Shown in pieces: positions 26,639 through 39,907 of a stretch of DNA of 64,000 bases; position 1 is the first letter of the stretch, and each line of letters opens with the position of its first letter. A model generated the notes under the pieces. That model worked only from the letters and a program-made list of their open reading frames with translations, had not been told where the DNA came from and ran no database searches. The translations under genes and the position numbers were made by a program. This stretch comes from Polymyxa betae A26-41 (taxonomy: Eukaryota > Protista > Endomyxa: Phytomyxea), in the NCBI GenBank assembly GCA_003693705.1, contig RBZT01000832.1:44802-108801 (forward strand). Reading direction: 5' to 3'.

Positions 26639-29600
26639 ATGTCGGTTTCTTCTGATCGATTTGAGATGTTGAGTCGGCTACGGTCTAGCAACGATCGGGA
26701 AGCTGTTGTCACAGCTACAAACATGTTGAAACTGTTGTCATCTGCTATTGGTGATTACAAGAAAATTCTCAGACACGGCCCAAATCGAATTCTTTTAGGT
26801 GCTCAAAATTCCAGATCGATTACGCTTGTGAATGATTATCTTGAGGGCATCACTGCATGTCTAACCCGATTTCCAACCGATGAGGAAATCCAAGAGAATA
26901 TAATCTGTGCAGTGTGCTCTCTAGTAATTAACGGATTTGCAGGTTTTAGCTAATCCACCCATTCCATCATAGGCAACTTCAAAAAAAGATTACATCCAAT
27001 CGATTTACTGTTCAGGAATAATTCCCCAGATAATTTCCACAATGAAAGTCTTCCCTCGAAATCAGAACATGAATGTTGCCGTTATCCGAATCCTGCAAGA
27101 GTTATGCACAGTCGAAAAACGTGCATCCATCCTTATCAGGATTCAAGGTCAACATGTTATTATTCAATTCTGTCACTATCTATCTCATTGGAGATGACTC
27201 AGGTGGTCTGGTTGGTGCTATTGATCTGTTGATGCAACCATGTTACGAAGCTGATCAAAAAATAACCCGATATATCTTCGATTTCCTAACGACAATGGTT
27301 CGGAAGTCAACAGCCTCTGCAGCAGTTATCGCTAAAAATCGTGGTGTTTATCATATTTTATTGGCCGCCCGACGACATCTGTATAACGCTCGAGTTTTCC
27401 AATCCACGTTGGCTCTTTTGGATCGACTCTGTGCTGTCAAATCAACTGTGACAAAAATGGCGGAGACGAATGGATTCATCCAGCTGATTTTCGATGCTTT
27501 GGGGCACTACAAATACATTCCCAGATCATTTTCGTCATTGATGCAAGTATTGAAAAGTGTAGCTAGCACTCATGCAGGATGTCAAGCTATTCAGGCTGCT
27601 GGTGGATTTAATGCAATTTTATCGCTAATTGAGCACAATCTTGTAAAACCAGCAACAGTTCGTATGGCCTCTCTGCTGTTGTGGCACCTACAGCGTCATG
27701 ATTTCAAAATTATCACAACCGATGAGAGACCATACAATCTGCAGAGTAATCATTTTCGTGTAAACCTTCCCCAAGGTAAATCTGGTAAAACTTACGTTTT
27801 CCCTACTTTACATGATTCAGGAGAAATCAACCAAAGCAACGATGACGATGGATACGCTTCGGATGATAGTAGCTCCGATCGCGATGTTGATGATGAGGAT
27901 GAGGTCAATCCAGATGGCAACATTGATTCTGAGTCAAAGTTTCGAACTCGATTGGATTCAAACCGGGCGGCGTCAGAAAACAGCTGGAGAAAAGAGCAAT
28001 TTATGCCCGAACTGTGGTCTTCTAAAGATCCAGACACCGACGATTTTTTTAGAAGGTCAGCAGAAGAAAACCTATGCTTTGTGAGAGGTTCTCAGAGATG
28101 AAATACTAGATCGGCGCAAGAAATCGGTCTCTGTTCGAAACCGCGATCAGTTCGGGTAATATTGCCTCATCCGGAATGCATGGTCATGCAACGAAGAGAT
28201 GGCAATCCTGGAAATAACATTCCGGACGTCGAGCCTCAGTATTTACCCATGCAATCTCAAATCCTTGCTACAATGCATGCGTCAAGTGATCGGTTTCGAA
28301 CCGGCCATCAATTTCAGGTATGCTTTGTAATTGCTCCAGGTTAGAATTGTCTTAGTTGAACCAGCATCGTGTCGTGTACGACAGAAGTGCTCACGACGGT
28401 TTTTCTTCCGATCTGGCAGCATACCCGACAAGACCCAGGACCGTATATGGAGCAAATCAAGTTGATCACGATGACGACTACACAGATGTTTATGTCACTC
28501 GATCGTTCCAAAATCTGATTGTTGACACCCACCGGAAAACAGAACCTGTTCCGGGGCGGCTCAGTTCTAGTCAGATCCCACCACTTTCATTTGAATCGAG
28601 ATTCGAATCTGGTAATGATTTGGTCACTGTAAAAAGTTGAAAACTAATTCCTGCTTCTTTACAACAAAGGAAACCTTTTCCGTGCTATAATGGTGGGCGA
28701 AACGGAATACGATTTAATCCTGTCTTCGGATATCAACACATCCGGTCGAACCCAGTGGTTCCTGTTTCGCATGGAGAATATGAAGGCTGATGTTCCTTAT
28801 AAATTTAACATCATCAATCTAGAGAAACCAGATAGTGCTTTTAATCGTGGTATGCGTCCTGTCATTTATTCCAAGTTATCAGCAGAAAATGGACAGGCGA
28901 AATGGTGCAGACTACAAACAGCAACAGACATTGGATATTTTCAGGTTGGAGGCTTCAGCCATTCTGCATGCATGCAAGTTAATGCATCTAAAATCAATCT
29001 TTAGAATTATTTCAAGAAACCAACCGCAACGTCCCCGAAAAAACCCAAGGCTAAAGGCGCTGATTGCGACGAGCACGAGTACTATCATACGTTGACGATT
29101 ACGATGACATTTCCATATTCTGATGATACTGTCTACCTGGCCTATTTCTATCCCTTCACATTTACATACCAGCAACATTGCCTGTCATTCTTGGAAGCCA
29201 GCACGAAGAATGGAGAGTTTCTCAGGCGCCAAATCCTCTGTTATTCCGTTGGAGGAAATGCTGTGGATCGTATGTATAGATGTAACCATTGGTCGTAGAC
29301 TGAAATCTCAGAATAGTTCTCACTATTACGAATTTTAAGTCGAGTGTTGCCCGAATTCAACAACGGCCTGTGATTGTTTTGTCAGCTCGAATACATCCCG
29401 GGGAAGCGAATTCATCTTGGGTAATGAAAGGTGTCCTCGAACTACTAACAGGGTTAGCGCTTCGCAAATGAAACAAAGCAATCTAATTTGTATGCCAGGG
29501 AGTCAGATGTTGCCCATTTTCTTCGCGACAACGCAGTCTTCAAGATAATCCCAATGCTGAACCCAGATGGGGTTATAGAGGGAAGTTACAGATGCTCACT

Positions 29601-30521
29601 TTCAGGCCACGACCAGAATCGTCAGTGGGTAGATCCTAATGAAAACCTGAGCCCAGTGGTTTTCAACGCTCGCAAGGTTAGAGTTACCCTAGACAATCTC
29701 TGCTTTGATCTGAGCTTCACTATTAGCTGATAATGTCGATAGCTAAAGATCGGCAACTTCTGATGTTTTGTGATTTCCATGGGCACAGCGTGGCATCGAA
29801 TTTCATGCTCTATGGAAACGATGAAATGGAATGCTCAGTCCCATTAAAACCTGTTAACACTTCATTGCTTAGAGATGACAGAACCAAAAAGCCATTGTGG
29901 CTATCAACAGTTGGAGAGGACTTCGCAAACAAAGAACGAATATTTCCGGCAATGCTGGCTCGGCGGGCTTTCAACTTATTCAGTTTGGAGCAATGCAATT
30001 TTGCAGTCCAGAAGGCAAGAGCTGGTACAGCAAGGGTAACCAACAACTTAAAAAAATCGACAAATAACAATGGAAAAGGTCGTTTTCTGGCGCGAGTTGT
30101 CTTTAGCATTCAGTTTTACACTTGAAGCAACGGTATGCTACTGCAATTTCGCAATTGCAATACTGAGAAAGTTATTTAGTTCAGTGGAGGTACATTCGGG
30201 GAACTAAAAGATTTACTGTATAATACTGATCATTATGAGGTGAAATGTCATACAATCTAAGAACCAATTCTAAGTTTAGATTAGACCATGGGACAAGAAT
30301 TTTGCCGAACAATTGCCGATTTATTATCACCTGATCAGGATTTTGTAAGCCAGTCTCTGGTTACCGTGTTTTTTCTAACAGCTAGCAAGGTATCGCGGGC
30401 CGCACTGGAAGTCAGCTGCGACTTAAATCATGAAAGCGCCAAGCTGAAAAAGCGACATATTCGACGAAAGCCGACCGAAGCCAGGACAAGCAAAACGAAA
30501 CCAGCGAAGAAAATCACATAA
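26639..30521 (+). CDS. AGTPBP1: Cytosolic carboxypeptidase 1 (tubulin deglutamylase, M14D) with N-terminal ARM region
   Basis: ARM-like helical N-terminus; FESRFESGNL; TQWFLF; AYFYPFTFT; ARIHPGEANSSW; PMLNPDGV; DQNR; DFHGHS; FTLEAT. Confidence 0.9.
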
Positions 30522-30701
30522 AATAATAAAAATTTGATTTCCAAACTAGAAACTTTTGCGCGACATCGACACGCGGCACACAACGCTTTGCGAGCTTCGG
30601 CTGTTGTCAGAGCCTCACTCATTAGATAGGCAGTCTTTATTGAACGTGTGGAAAGGCCCATAATCTCTGTCTGCTTCTTTCCTGGCTCTGTTGCTTCTAA
30701 T

Positions 30702-32798
30702 ATGGTGCCTCCTTGTCTTTCCCTACAATATGGGTCAGCTCACTGCAAATTCCTCCTACCCTCGACGCCGGTGCTCTTGGAGCAGGTACCCTTCGTTCTA
30801 CGTCATGAATCGTCAGCTGATTCATCTCAGTTAATACGAAGAGAGTTCATGCTCGACAATCACATTCAACTGGGTTTAACTATGTCGACCAGCTCGGATG
30901 GTGAACGGGTCTGGATATTGATACGGTTTTCATTTTGACAAATCTCTTAAGGCATTTTCTAATGAAATGAAGGACTTCTTTTCTAAATCGGTTCTTTCTC
31001 AGAGCGAAAAAATCAAAGACGATGCGGTTGTTGTTCCAATGGATATTGCTGTTTTGAAAGATCTTGCTGACGATAATACGTTCCAGCTAAGGATTTATCA
31101 TTCTACTTCATCGCCATCGTCAAGTCCCGTTAATGTCAGAAATTATAAGAATCCTTTAAATGTTCGTTAATTGTTGTTGATTCCAGCAATCGTCACTCAC
31201 GTCAACTGTTGTTGCCCAATTTGATTTTAAAGGAGCCAGCTCGTCAGAACTAACGTTTTTGACTGGTGATCTTATCCGAGTTGAATATCAGTATAATAAG
31301 GTGACCATCACCTGCTGCTGCAATGTTCGACAGCTTCTTATTTGTATTTTCTAGGACTGGTCTAAAGGTCGACTAGTTTCAAGCACAGGAGAATACCTAT
31401 CGGGTTCTGGTTTCTTCCCTTCTGAATACGTGTCGAAGTTACCGCCGTTTTCAGAGCAATCTCAGAATGTTACAACCACTAGCTCTGCAGAGAACTGCAA
31501 TTATCAAGATGACGAATATTTTGAGGGTTATAGCCACTTAGGAATACATCTTGAGATGCTGCAGGTAATATTAATATTTTTGTGTCCATTTCACGAGAAA
31601 ACTGACGGCTCTCCGTTTTGGAATTTCTGGTCCTTGTAGCAAACCGTTGATTTGTGAATAGGATGAATCGCGAACATTGGCTTACAAAAACGCTGTTGAA
31701 CTTGCTTCCTACTCCATTAAAGATAAAGTCGTTTTGGATATTGGATGCGGTTCGGGCGTACTTTCCTTATTCTGTGCGAACGCTGGAGCCAAGCATGTTT
31801 ATGCTATTGATGCTTCAAATGTCATCGAGCATGCACGCGTTGTCATCAATGAAAACCAACTTTCCGATAAGATTACCCTGATTAAAGGTTTCTTATTCAG
31901 TATATCTCTACAGAGTTCCTGATGTTTGTTTCAGGAAAAATCGAAGATGTTAAACTACCGGTTGACAAAGTGGATGTAATTATTTCGGAATGGATGGGAA
32001 CGTTACTGATCTGTGAATCGATGATCGCTTCTGTATTATGGGCTCGGAGTACTTATCTTACTAAAGACGGCCTGATGATGCCATCTGTGGGCAATATATT
32101 CCTTGCCCCATTGGAACTTAGCGAGTTCTACGCTCAGAAAATCGGCTTCTGGGACGATGTGTATGGACTAAAGGTTCGATTTTTGCTGTTTCACTGAAAT
32201 TTAAACATACCGTTGGGTTGGCTTTATTTGGAATTGTTTAATTACAATTTTAAGTCTCCATTAGATGTCCGGTCTCAAGAACCAGGCTATTGAGGATTTC
32301 TTCTCAAAGCCAATTTTTGATCGTATTATTAAGGACAGTGAATGTCTTTCTGATGCAACATTAATCCACTCAATCGATATGCACACTGCCACCGTTGAAT
32401 CGTTAGAAACGATGATGTAAGCATCGCTGGACTCTCATTCTTCTATTGAAGAGCTCTCTAAATCGCTGTATAGGGGTTCTTTCGAATTCTCGGTCACAAA
32501 AGATGCAACCATGCATGGGTTTGGAGGCTGGTTTGATTGTGAATTCATTGCCGCTCGCAATCAGGAACAGTCTAAGATCAAGCTATCAACTTCCCCATCT
32601 GACATGCCTACACATTGGCGACAAGTTACATTCGTGCTTTCTACACCTATAAGCCTGAAATCGGGTACTACTGTACGCGGATCGATGCAAATCCGAAGGC
32701 AGGCATTCTGGCGTCGTCATTTTGAAGTCGATCTTCGATTTAATTACGGCGATGGTGAACAGCAATCTGTTTATCAAGTCTTCCCTCTGTGGCGCTAG
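30702..32798 (+). CDS. PRMT2: SH3-domain protein arginine methyltransferase (PRMT2-like), multi-exon
   Basis: SH3 domain: VVAQFDFKGASSSELTFLTGDLIRV..DW..G..GFFPSEYV. PRMT core: DDEYFEGYSHLGIHLEMLQD, VLDIGCGSG, IISEWMGTLL, PTHWRQ. PRMT2-like end WRRH...VFPLWR*. Confidence 0.85.
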
Positions 32799-32971
32799 GA
32801 AAATTGTTTCTCACAAACATTATGGTTCTGTTTATACGTACATATCGGCTTTATTGTCACAAACAAACTACTTTCGTCCGAGATGACAATTGTAAAACAC
32901 TTGTATTGGATTTCTAATAAATATTTACAATTTAAATAATTTGATTCCGATTAGATTTATGATGAATGACG

Positions 32972-35265
32972 TTAATGGTCGTCATTGATGCTTAGTCGCT
33001 CAACGTTGTCCAATTCAGGTATATTCTCAAACTCTTCGTCTTGGATTAGTTGGATATTCCATGAGGCATTTGGGGACGTTATATTCGGTGGTTCCTGATC
33101 CTGACATAGATCCAATTCGGCGGGATATTCAGTTTGACAGCATGCTTCACATTCATTCTCGGGCAAAGTTTCCCTAAGAAGGACACCTTCCGAGGCTTCG
33201 GAATACTCTAAGCATTACCATTAGTGCCTTTCAACAGAAATCAAAACAACAAATACTAATGGGCAACAGAAAACGACCAAAAACGCAGAGCCTAGAAAGC
33301 CGTAAAGGGAACCAACGTACCCGATTCCGATTGATTATCGCCGTTGGAGTCGCTGAATTCACGCGCCTCAATGTCAGAACCACTTTCGTCCTCGTGTTGA
33401 GACTGATTTTCCTGTAATTCCGGAACGGTATTACTGCTGTGATCTCTGAAGAACGATGCATATGGTGCACCCAATGAGCCAAGATGAGTTTTTAGCTCTC
33501 TGATGGTATGCTTATACCGAATTTGAGCTCGTTCAAGTGCCGCAATGTACCTAAAACATAAACACTAGCACCATCAACTTGACAGAGGACTTACTTTTGC
33601 TGTTCAAGGTTCGCCAAATGCATAGATGGTGGGCGGATAAAGAACTTCAGGGACAACGACCCATCTTCTGATAGATATCCATCTCGATAAAGAACTTCAA
33701 TGGCGAAAAACCTGCAGCTCGTTTAGCGGGGGAAAAACAACAGGCAAAACTAACTTGTTGTAACCCCAGCTTTCTCCCACTTCAAATTTGGAGCAGAAAC
33801 GCCTTGTTATTGCTTTCGAAGGATCTTTGCGGTTTACCTGCCAGAAGATTAAGAAGAAATCCAAGTATCTAGCATTCTCACCATTTGAACAGCATATTCG
33901 ATTTGTTCAGGGCCCGGTAGCCCCGTAATCAATTCCAAGAAAACACTGATGTAAACACCACGGGCAGCAGCTCCGTTCCCATTTGGATACACCTTGGCCT
34001 CATTTAAGCATCTTTAAAATAGCGTAAGAGCAGCCATATCCAACCTTGAGACGCCAATTGTATCCGTTTCTGAAGAGAACGTCGCTATATAAAACTTCTT
34101 CGCGCGATACGGCTCCCATGAAATTGACAATTGTGAAGGACGACTCAGTGAAATCCGGAATTAGCTGGAACCAAGTTCAACTCATCGTTAAAGCAACAAA
34201 AGATTTCAAAACCTCCGTCGCAAAACAATCAGAAACGGATTCACGGCATATGAGTTTAGAAATTGCTTTTTCATGAATAGCCTTCGTCATCGAAGTTAGG
34301 TGACCACTTTTTCGAATCAGTTCACTTTTGGGGCATATAGCTGGATCCAAATGACATCCCAGTTCATGCACGACAGATTCCAATAAACTCAACTATTGAA
34401 TGCATTGACTACAGATACAAAAGCGAAAAAATCTTCACCTCTTTCGAAACTTCATTTCGCTGTGAGTCCAAAATCAGCAATTTGTCTTTCAGCTGATGCA
34501 TAATGCTCTTTTCCATTGATTGGGCTAAATTTTGCAGAGTATAAATGGCATCGTCTTTAGCAGCGTTAACAGCAGCAATATTGGCATCAATCGATGCTTC
34601 TACTTGACGCAAAGTAGCCAGGCGTGATTCTAAGTTGGCGATCTCACCGTTAATCACTCGGGCATGCCTCTCGTGAACCACTCCAAGCTTCTCAAATGTG
34701 TGGCCTGAATGTGCCGAACTAAACATTGCACAGTCGGCACAAATGCAGCTGGAGCAATTGATGCAGAAATACAGCAGCTCATTGTGATGAGCCTAACACA
34801 GAAACAAACATCAAAAATGATTTCTTTAAATCGCCAAGAATTCTCACAGGACAAAGCTCCCGATTCTGACATAGTGACGACTGTAAACGATCAACAGCTT
34901 TAGTAAGATCTTGAACAAAACGACAATTTATCAAATGTTCAACACGTAATTCGACTTGACAGTGTGGGCACTGGGCTTTTCGTTCGGTCAGCCATTTTAC
35001 AATGCATTCTCGACAGCACATGCTACTACATGCTGGGCAACTAGGCATTTACCATTATTGCATTGAATACTCATTGGAAAGAATCCATTATCACAAAAGG
35101 ATATTGAAGAATTTATCACAAACGGTTATTGAAAAAATCTTACAGGTGAGCATCGTGGACACGATCAAAGCAGATGAAGCATCGAAGCAGTTCATCCATC
35201 TCTTTGCTGGGTGAATCAAGCAGCGACCGACGAAGCTCGGCCTGATCCATATCAGTGACAGACAT
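32972..35265 (-). CDS. TRIM37: TRIM37-like E3 ligase (RING, B-box, coiled coil, MATH), multi-exon
   Basis: RING CFIC..AHL/CPACS..CC.ECI.KWLTE...CPHC; B-box [21 protein letters not shown]; [49 protein letters not shown]. Confidence 0.92.
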
Positions 35266-36012
35266 TTGCCATAGAGATACTGTAATGACAAATAACGAGT
35301 GATAGTAGAGGCTGCTGCTACTGCCGCTGTAGTACCACTGTAGTAGATCCACCAAAACTAGTCGGCTATAGAAGGGTTGGTGCGATGGACTCCACCGCTA
35401 CAAACTTCGCTACTACTGAACTTGTTGTAATCGACTTTACCTTCTCCCTGTTCATACATGTCGCATCTACTGCATGATCAATGTTTCGAGAGATTTCCAC
35501 ATCAGTTGATATTGAGGTCTGATATATACAAAACTGGCACGGGCGATTTCGCCTCTTTATATGGTCGTAATCTGAGTTTATAACTACAACTGATCACGGG
35601 ATATGATTGCGATGATGCAGTGCTATTTTACGTCTTTGTCAGTAGTAGACCTGGTTGCAACGTGGATCCTAAACTGGTTCCCTTGAACGGCAAAATCCTT
35701 TGTACTGGAGCAGAACAAAAAACATCGCATTTTGAGTAGCAGTTTCAACGCATCGATGGGAATGTCAAATCTTTCGCTTCGGCGCGCTATCTAGTTTACT
35801 AAAGTGTAACGTAGTCAGTAGTTATTTACAACAGCTTGTATAGCTGGAGCTGTGCTGGTAGATATGCTGAGTTTCAGTGGACAGAACTGCGTGATCGGTC
35901 CCCTTTTACAAAATCAGGTTTCTGCCATTGGGGCTGCCTGCCACAAAATTATTGCCTAAGTGCTAAGTCGGTCTGCCCGATCGACCGCACGTACGGCGGC
36001 GGTATTGATAAT

Positions 36013-39000
36013 ATGGAAGAAGATGAATTAGCCGCTTGTCGAAAGCAAAACGAGGAACTGCGAGCCAAACTATGCAGGCTTGTTCCTGAATGGAAGAATT
36101 TGAAAACCCTTGTTCAGAAACTAACAGCTTCAGAAGCTGCAGCTGTCGCTCGTGCGGAGCAGTTAGCCAAAGCTTCTGACATATCTTCTCCATCCTCGAC
36201 TTCCTCTGGCAGTGACGATGCTGCGGCTTTAAGAGCTAAGCTCGGCAAATTGGTTCCAGAATGGAAACGCTTAAAAGAGGCGAATAAATCGCTATCTGAA
36301 TCTGAGTCTACTTATCGCCTTAAGGCCCAGGAACTCGAATCTCAACTTGATGCTGCTAATGTCGAGCTGGAAAGGACGCAGGGAAGTCTACAAGAAGTCC
36401 AGGAACGCGTATTGGAACTCAGTGAAGCTGCAAATAGAGCCCAAGAGCTCGAATCTGAGCTCAAAGCTGCACAAGAAGTCCAGGAACGCGTATTTGAACT
36501 CAGTAAAGCTGCAAATAGAGCCCAAGAGCTCGAATCTGAGCTCAAAGCTGCTAACGCAGACCTGGAAAAGCTGAGGGAGGATTCATACACCTTTCAAGAA
36601 CTGCAATCTAGATTAAATTCTGCTCATTTGGAGCTGGAAGAAGCCACCCGCATCAACCAAGAGTACAAGGCTAAACTCGACGCCGCTTATATCGAACTCG
36701 AGCAGTTGCCAGAGGCTATTCGTAAGGCTCAGCAGCTCCAATTACGACTCGAGACGGCTAATTCAGAGCTGGAACGTCTGCAAGAAGATGCAAGTATGGA
36801 TTGCTCAGGTCGTTTTACATCTTCAACCGTGTGACAGTTTTTAGGAGATGCGCAACAATATTCAGCGGTAGTGTCAAGGCTCCAGAATCAATTTGAACAG
36901 CAGGTTACACGCTTCAAGATTTTTGTGTGCTATTGTCCTAACTGTTCTCAGGACGAAGAAATTTCGAGACTGAGAAATCGTCTTGAGAAGGCTATGCAAC
37001 GTCCATCAAAGCTGGACTATCAGAAGCTCAAGCACGAAAATGTACAATTACAGAAAATGTTCTCAGTTGAGGCAGACATCGTTCGGGCATTACAACATGA
37101 TATCGTAATCACACCCTATCGAGCTTATGTCTTTCTAAGGCTTGTTTTAGGCTGAGAGTCGCTCTTCCAATGACAAAGTCGTTTCGCTTTCTGATGAGCT
37201 GGCGGACCTTAAAGCTCGATTCTCTGTCTGCCAAGCTTCTCGTGACTCCTTGATTATCGATGGCGACAAGCTGGAAGCTGAAAATCGTATGCTCCATTTA
37301 CAGATAGATCAGCTTCGCCAGAGTAACCCAGAGTAAATTGCTCTTCCCTCAAGAGTCTAGATATCTTATTACGTGAAATAGGGAACTGAACGAAATCAGA
37401 GAGTCGTGCAAAGACAGTCTGTCCGAAGGCAAATCGTTGTTTTCCGGGAATCAGGTTCGACCTTCTAGCTAGAATCGGCTCTCTCCTAATACTATTATAG
37501 GTAGAGAGCGACTCTGATAAGTTTCATCACTACCAGAATCGAATTGAAACTCTGGAGGAAGAGTTACTCGAGCTGACTGCTTCAAATGCGCATCTACAAC
37601 AGATGTTATCGTTCATGAACTCTGAGTTGCTGTCAAGCCAAGAATTTATTCAGCAGTCTTCTTCCTATCTACGCTCAGAATCAGATCTTCTGCTGCAGTC
37701 ATTGTCTGAAAAAGAGCAGCTTATTGAAGATCTGTCTTACCAGCTTAACGGGCTTCGAGCTCACTATGGCGAGAAAATGGTCGCTCTCAAAGCAACTATT
37801 TACGGTCTCCGCAGGCATAATGACAGGCTTCAAGAGATCATTAATGCTCATGAGTATAATTCAGAAGGCGAGGTTTTAAGAAGCGAAAATGTCAGATCGC
37901 CAGAGCGTATGCGGGAAACGGAAAAACAAGTTGATAGGCAATCTGATATAGTGGATTCGGACATGTCGCTCAAGCTTGAACTGGAAGCTGCACAGATTCG
38001 AATCAGCGAGCAAACCCTTGCACTACACGATGCACAGATGCAAATTGACGACCTCCGTCGCGAATTGGAAAGTCTTCAAACATCGACCGATGAGCAATTG
38101 AAGTTTGACTTTGAAGACGCAAAGATTCGAGTCGACGACCAAAGCCGTCAGCTGCAAGATGCACACTCGCAGATTAGTGAGCTACGTCAAGAGTTGGAAG
38201 AAACTGAGTCCCGAAACCAACTTGATCTGGAAGAAGCGAAATTGCGAATCGATGAGCAAAGCCGCCACCTAACAGATGCACTGACTCTCAATGATGAGTT
38301 GCGCCAAGAGCTAGAATCTGCCCAGCTCCGAGTTGGCGAAGAGAACCAAGCTGACGAGGAAGATGCCAAAATTCGAGCAGAACAAAATCGCGAGTTAGAA
38401 GTAGCCCAATTGCAGATTAGTGAATTACGCCAAGAATTACAAGCTGCTCAAGCCCGAATCAATGAACAGAATCTCGAATTGAGAGCTGTACAGTCTCGAA
38501 TTGATGAACAGACTTGTGAGCTGGAGTCTGCGCAAGCCAAAATCGACGAGGTACGTCGTGATCTGGTGGCTGCTCAATCGCGAATCGAGGAACAAAATCG
38601 TGAGTTGGAGGCCACACATTCGCAATTTGATGAGCAACGTCTCATGCTTGAAAGTGCACGCAATCAAGTCGACCAACAACGTCGTAATTTTGAAGCGGCG
38701 GAAGCTCAAATTGTTGAGCTTTGTCAGGAGCTTGAAGCTGTTCAAATACGATTGGAAGAGCAACGTTGCGAACTGGAATCGGCGCAGTCTCAAATCGCTC
38801 AACAAACTCATGGACTGAATGTAGCTCAGAAGCGAATCGACCAACAGAGTCAGTTAGGCCGTGCAATTGTTCACAGCTATAACGAGCTCAGAGGTTTTTG
38901 ATTCACGTCTCCGCGACTTTTTTCTAAGAATTTCTTAGGTCACTACGAGCTCTTAATGGCCAAAGTAGAAAGCGAATCGGCGGCTTTCGAACAGATATTA

Positions 39001-39907
39001 CGCTCTCAGTCAAGCAGGTCGCTTTCACCAAGGAAGTCTGCGCCATTTTCAATCAACGAAGTCTCCGCTTCGAAACCTTCCGATCCTGTTAGAAGCGCTT
39101 CAGTTCCCGCTAAGAAAAGGCGAACTTTGAAAGAACTTCTAGTCAAGCTATTTGAAAGACCGATATACGACGAAAATGGCAAACCGATCTCTCGTGTTGA
39201 CCTTACCGAAGACACGACTTTTGCCTGGGATCCGGTCAAAAAGAAGTATATTGATTTAAACGCTCCCGAAGTCGAAGAGAAATCCACACCTAAGCCTCCT
39301 CCTCGCCCTTCTTTCGCTCTTTCCCATGCGCCTCCAGCATCTGTACCTCCAGGAACGGCTCCCCCGCCAAGAATGCCGAACAGGTCGTTAACTGGTTCCC
39401 GATATGCGCTTCCTGAGGGGCAGTCAGGTACGAAGACACCACCAAAGCCATCATCCAGTGTTGGTTCGCGATATGCTCTCGTGAGTGGTACTTCTGAGAA
39501 CCCGCCGAAGCCATCTGCTGCCATCTCGGTCAGCGCTCCATCACCTGCAACCGTTTCTTCTAGTAACAGTTTCTACTCTCCTCCGGTTATCAACAGCTTC
39601 GAGGATGTTGTAATAATCTCAGCCGATTATCACTCTCTTGTTGCATCGCTACTGGCACTGCAGAAGGAATTAGCATGCACGAAACGCGCCAGACTGGAAA
39701 CGGATGTACATGTTTCGACCCTTGTTCGGCAAATCAAAGACAGATTGGCTAAGACGCCAATGGAACCAAAGGCCTCTGACTCAATGGAAGTGAGCAAGTT
39801 AATCTACTGGTATGCTGTATCATCTTACATTATCATTGCATTAACCCTGTGCTAGTATATTGGCCATCACTGGCATCGTTTCAGCTCTGACACAAATTTC
39901 AGCATAG
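36013..39907 (+). CDS. Large coiled-coil protein with Pro-rich Sec16-like C-terminal motif and tail anchor, multi-exon
   Basis: Long E/L/Q heptad exons (35836..36834, 37603..38901). An in-frame intron at 38894-38938 joins them to the Pro-rich exon 38956..39855. Hydrophobic C-terminus. Confidence 0.75.
36391..36551 (+). repeat. 81-bp (27-aa) coding tandem duplication
   Basis: caagaagtccaggaacgcgtatt...gagctcaaagctgc occurs at 36391 and 36472 and encodes QEVQERV(L/F)ELS(E/K)AANRAQELESELKAA twice. Confidence 0.93.

Noticed and set aside
35360-35460. 33-aa upstream ORF before TRIM37 (MYEQGEGKVDY...)
   Set aside because: It is short, with no recognisable similarity and no evidence that it lies on the transcript.
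38437-39524. Long antisense ORFs (38437..38844, 38642..38866, 39006..39524)
   Set aside because: These are shadow frames of the low-complexity coiled-coil/Pro-rich gene.
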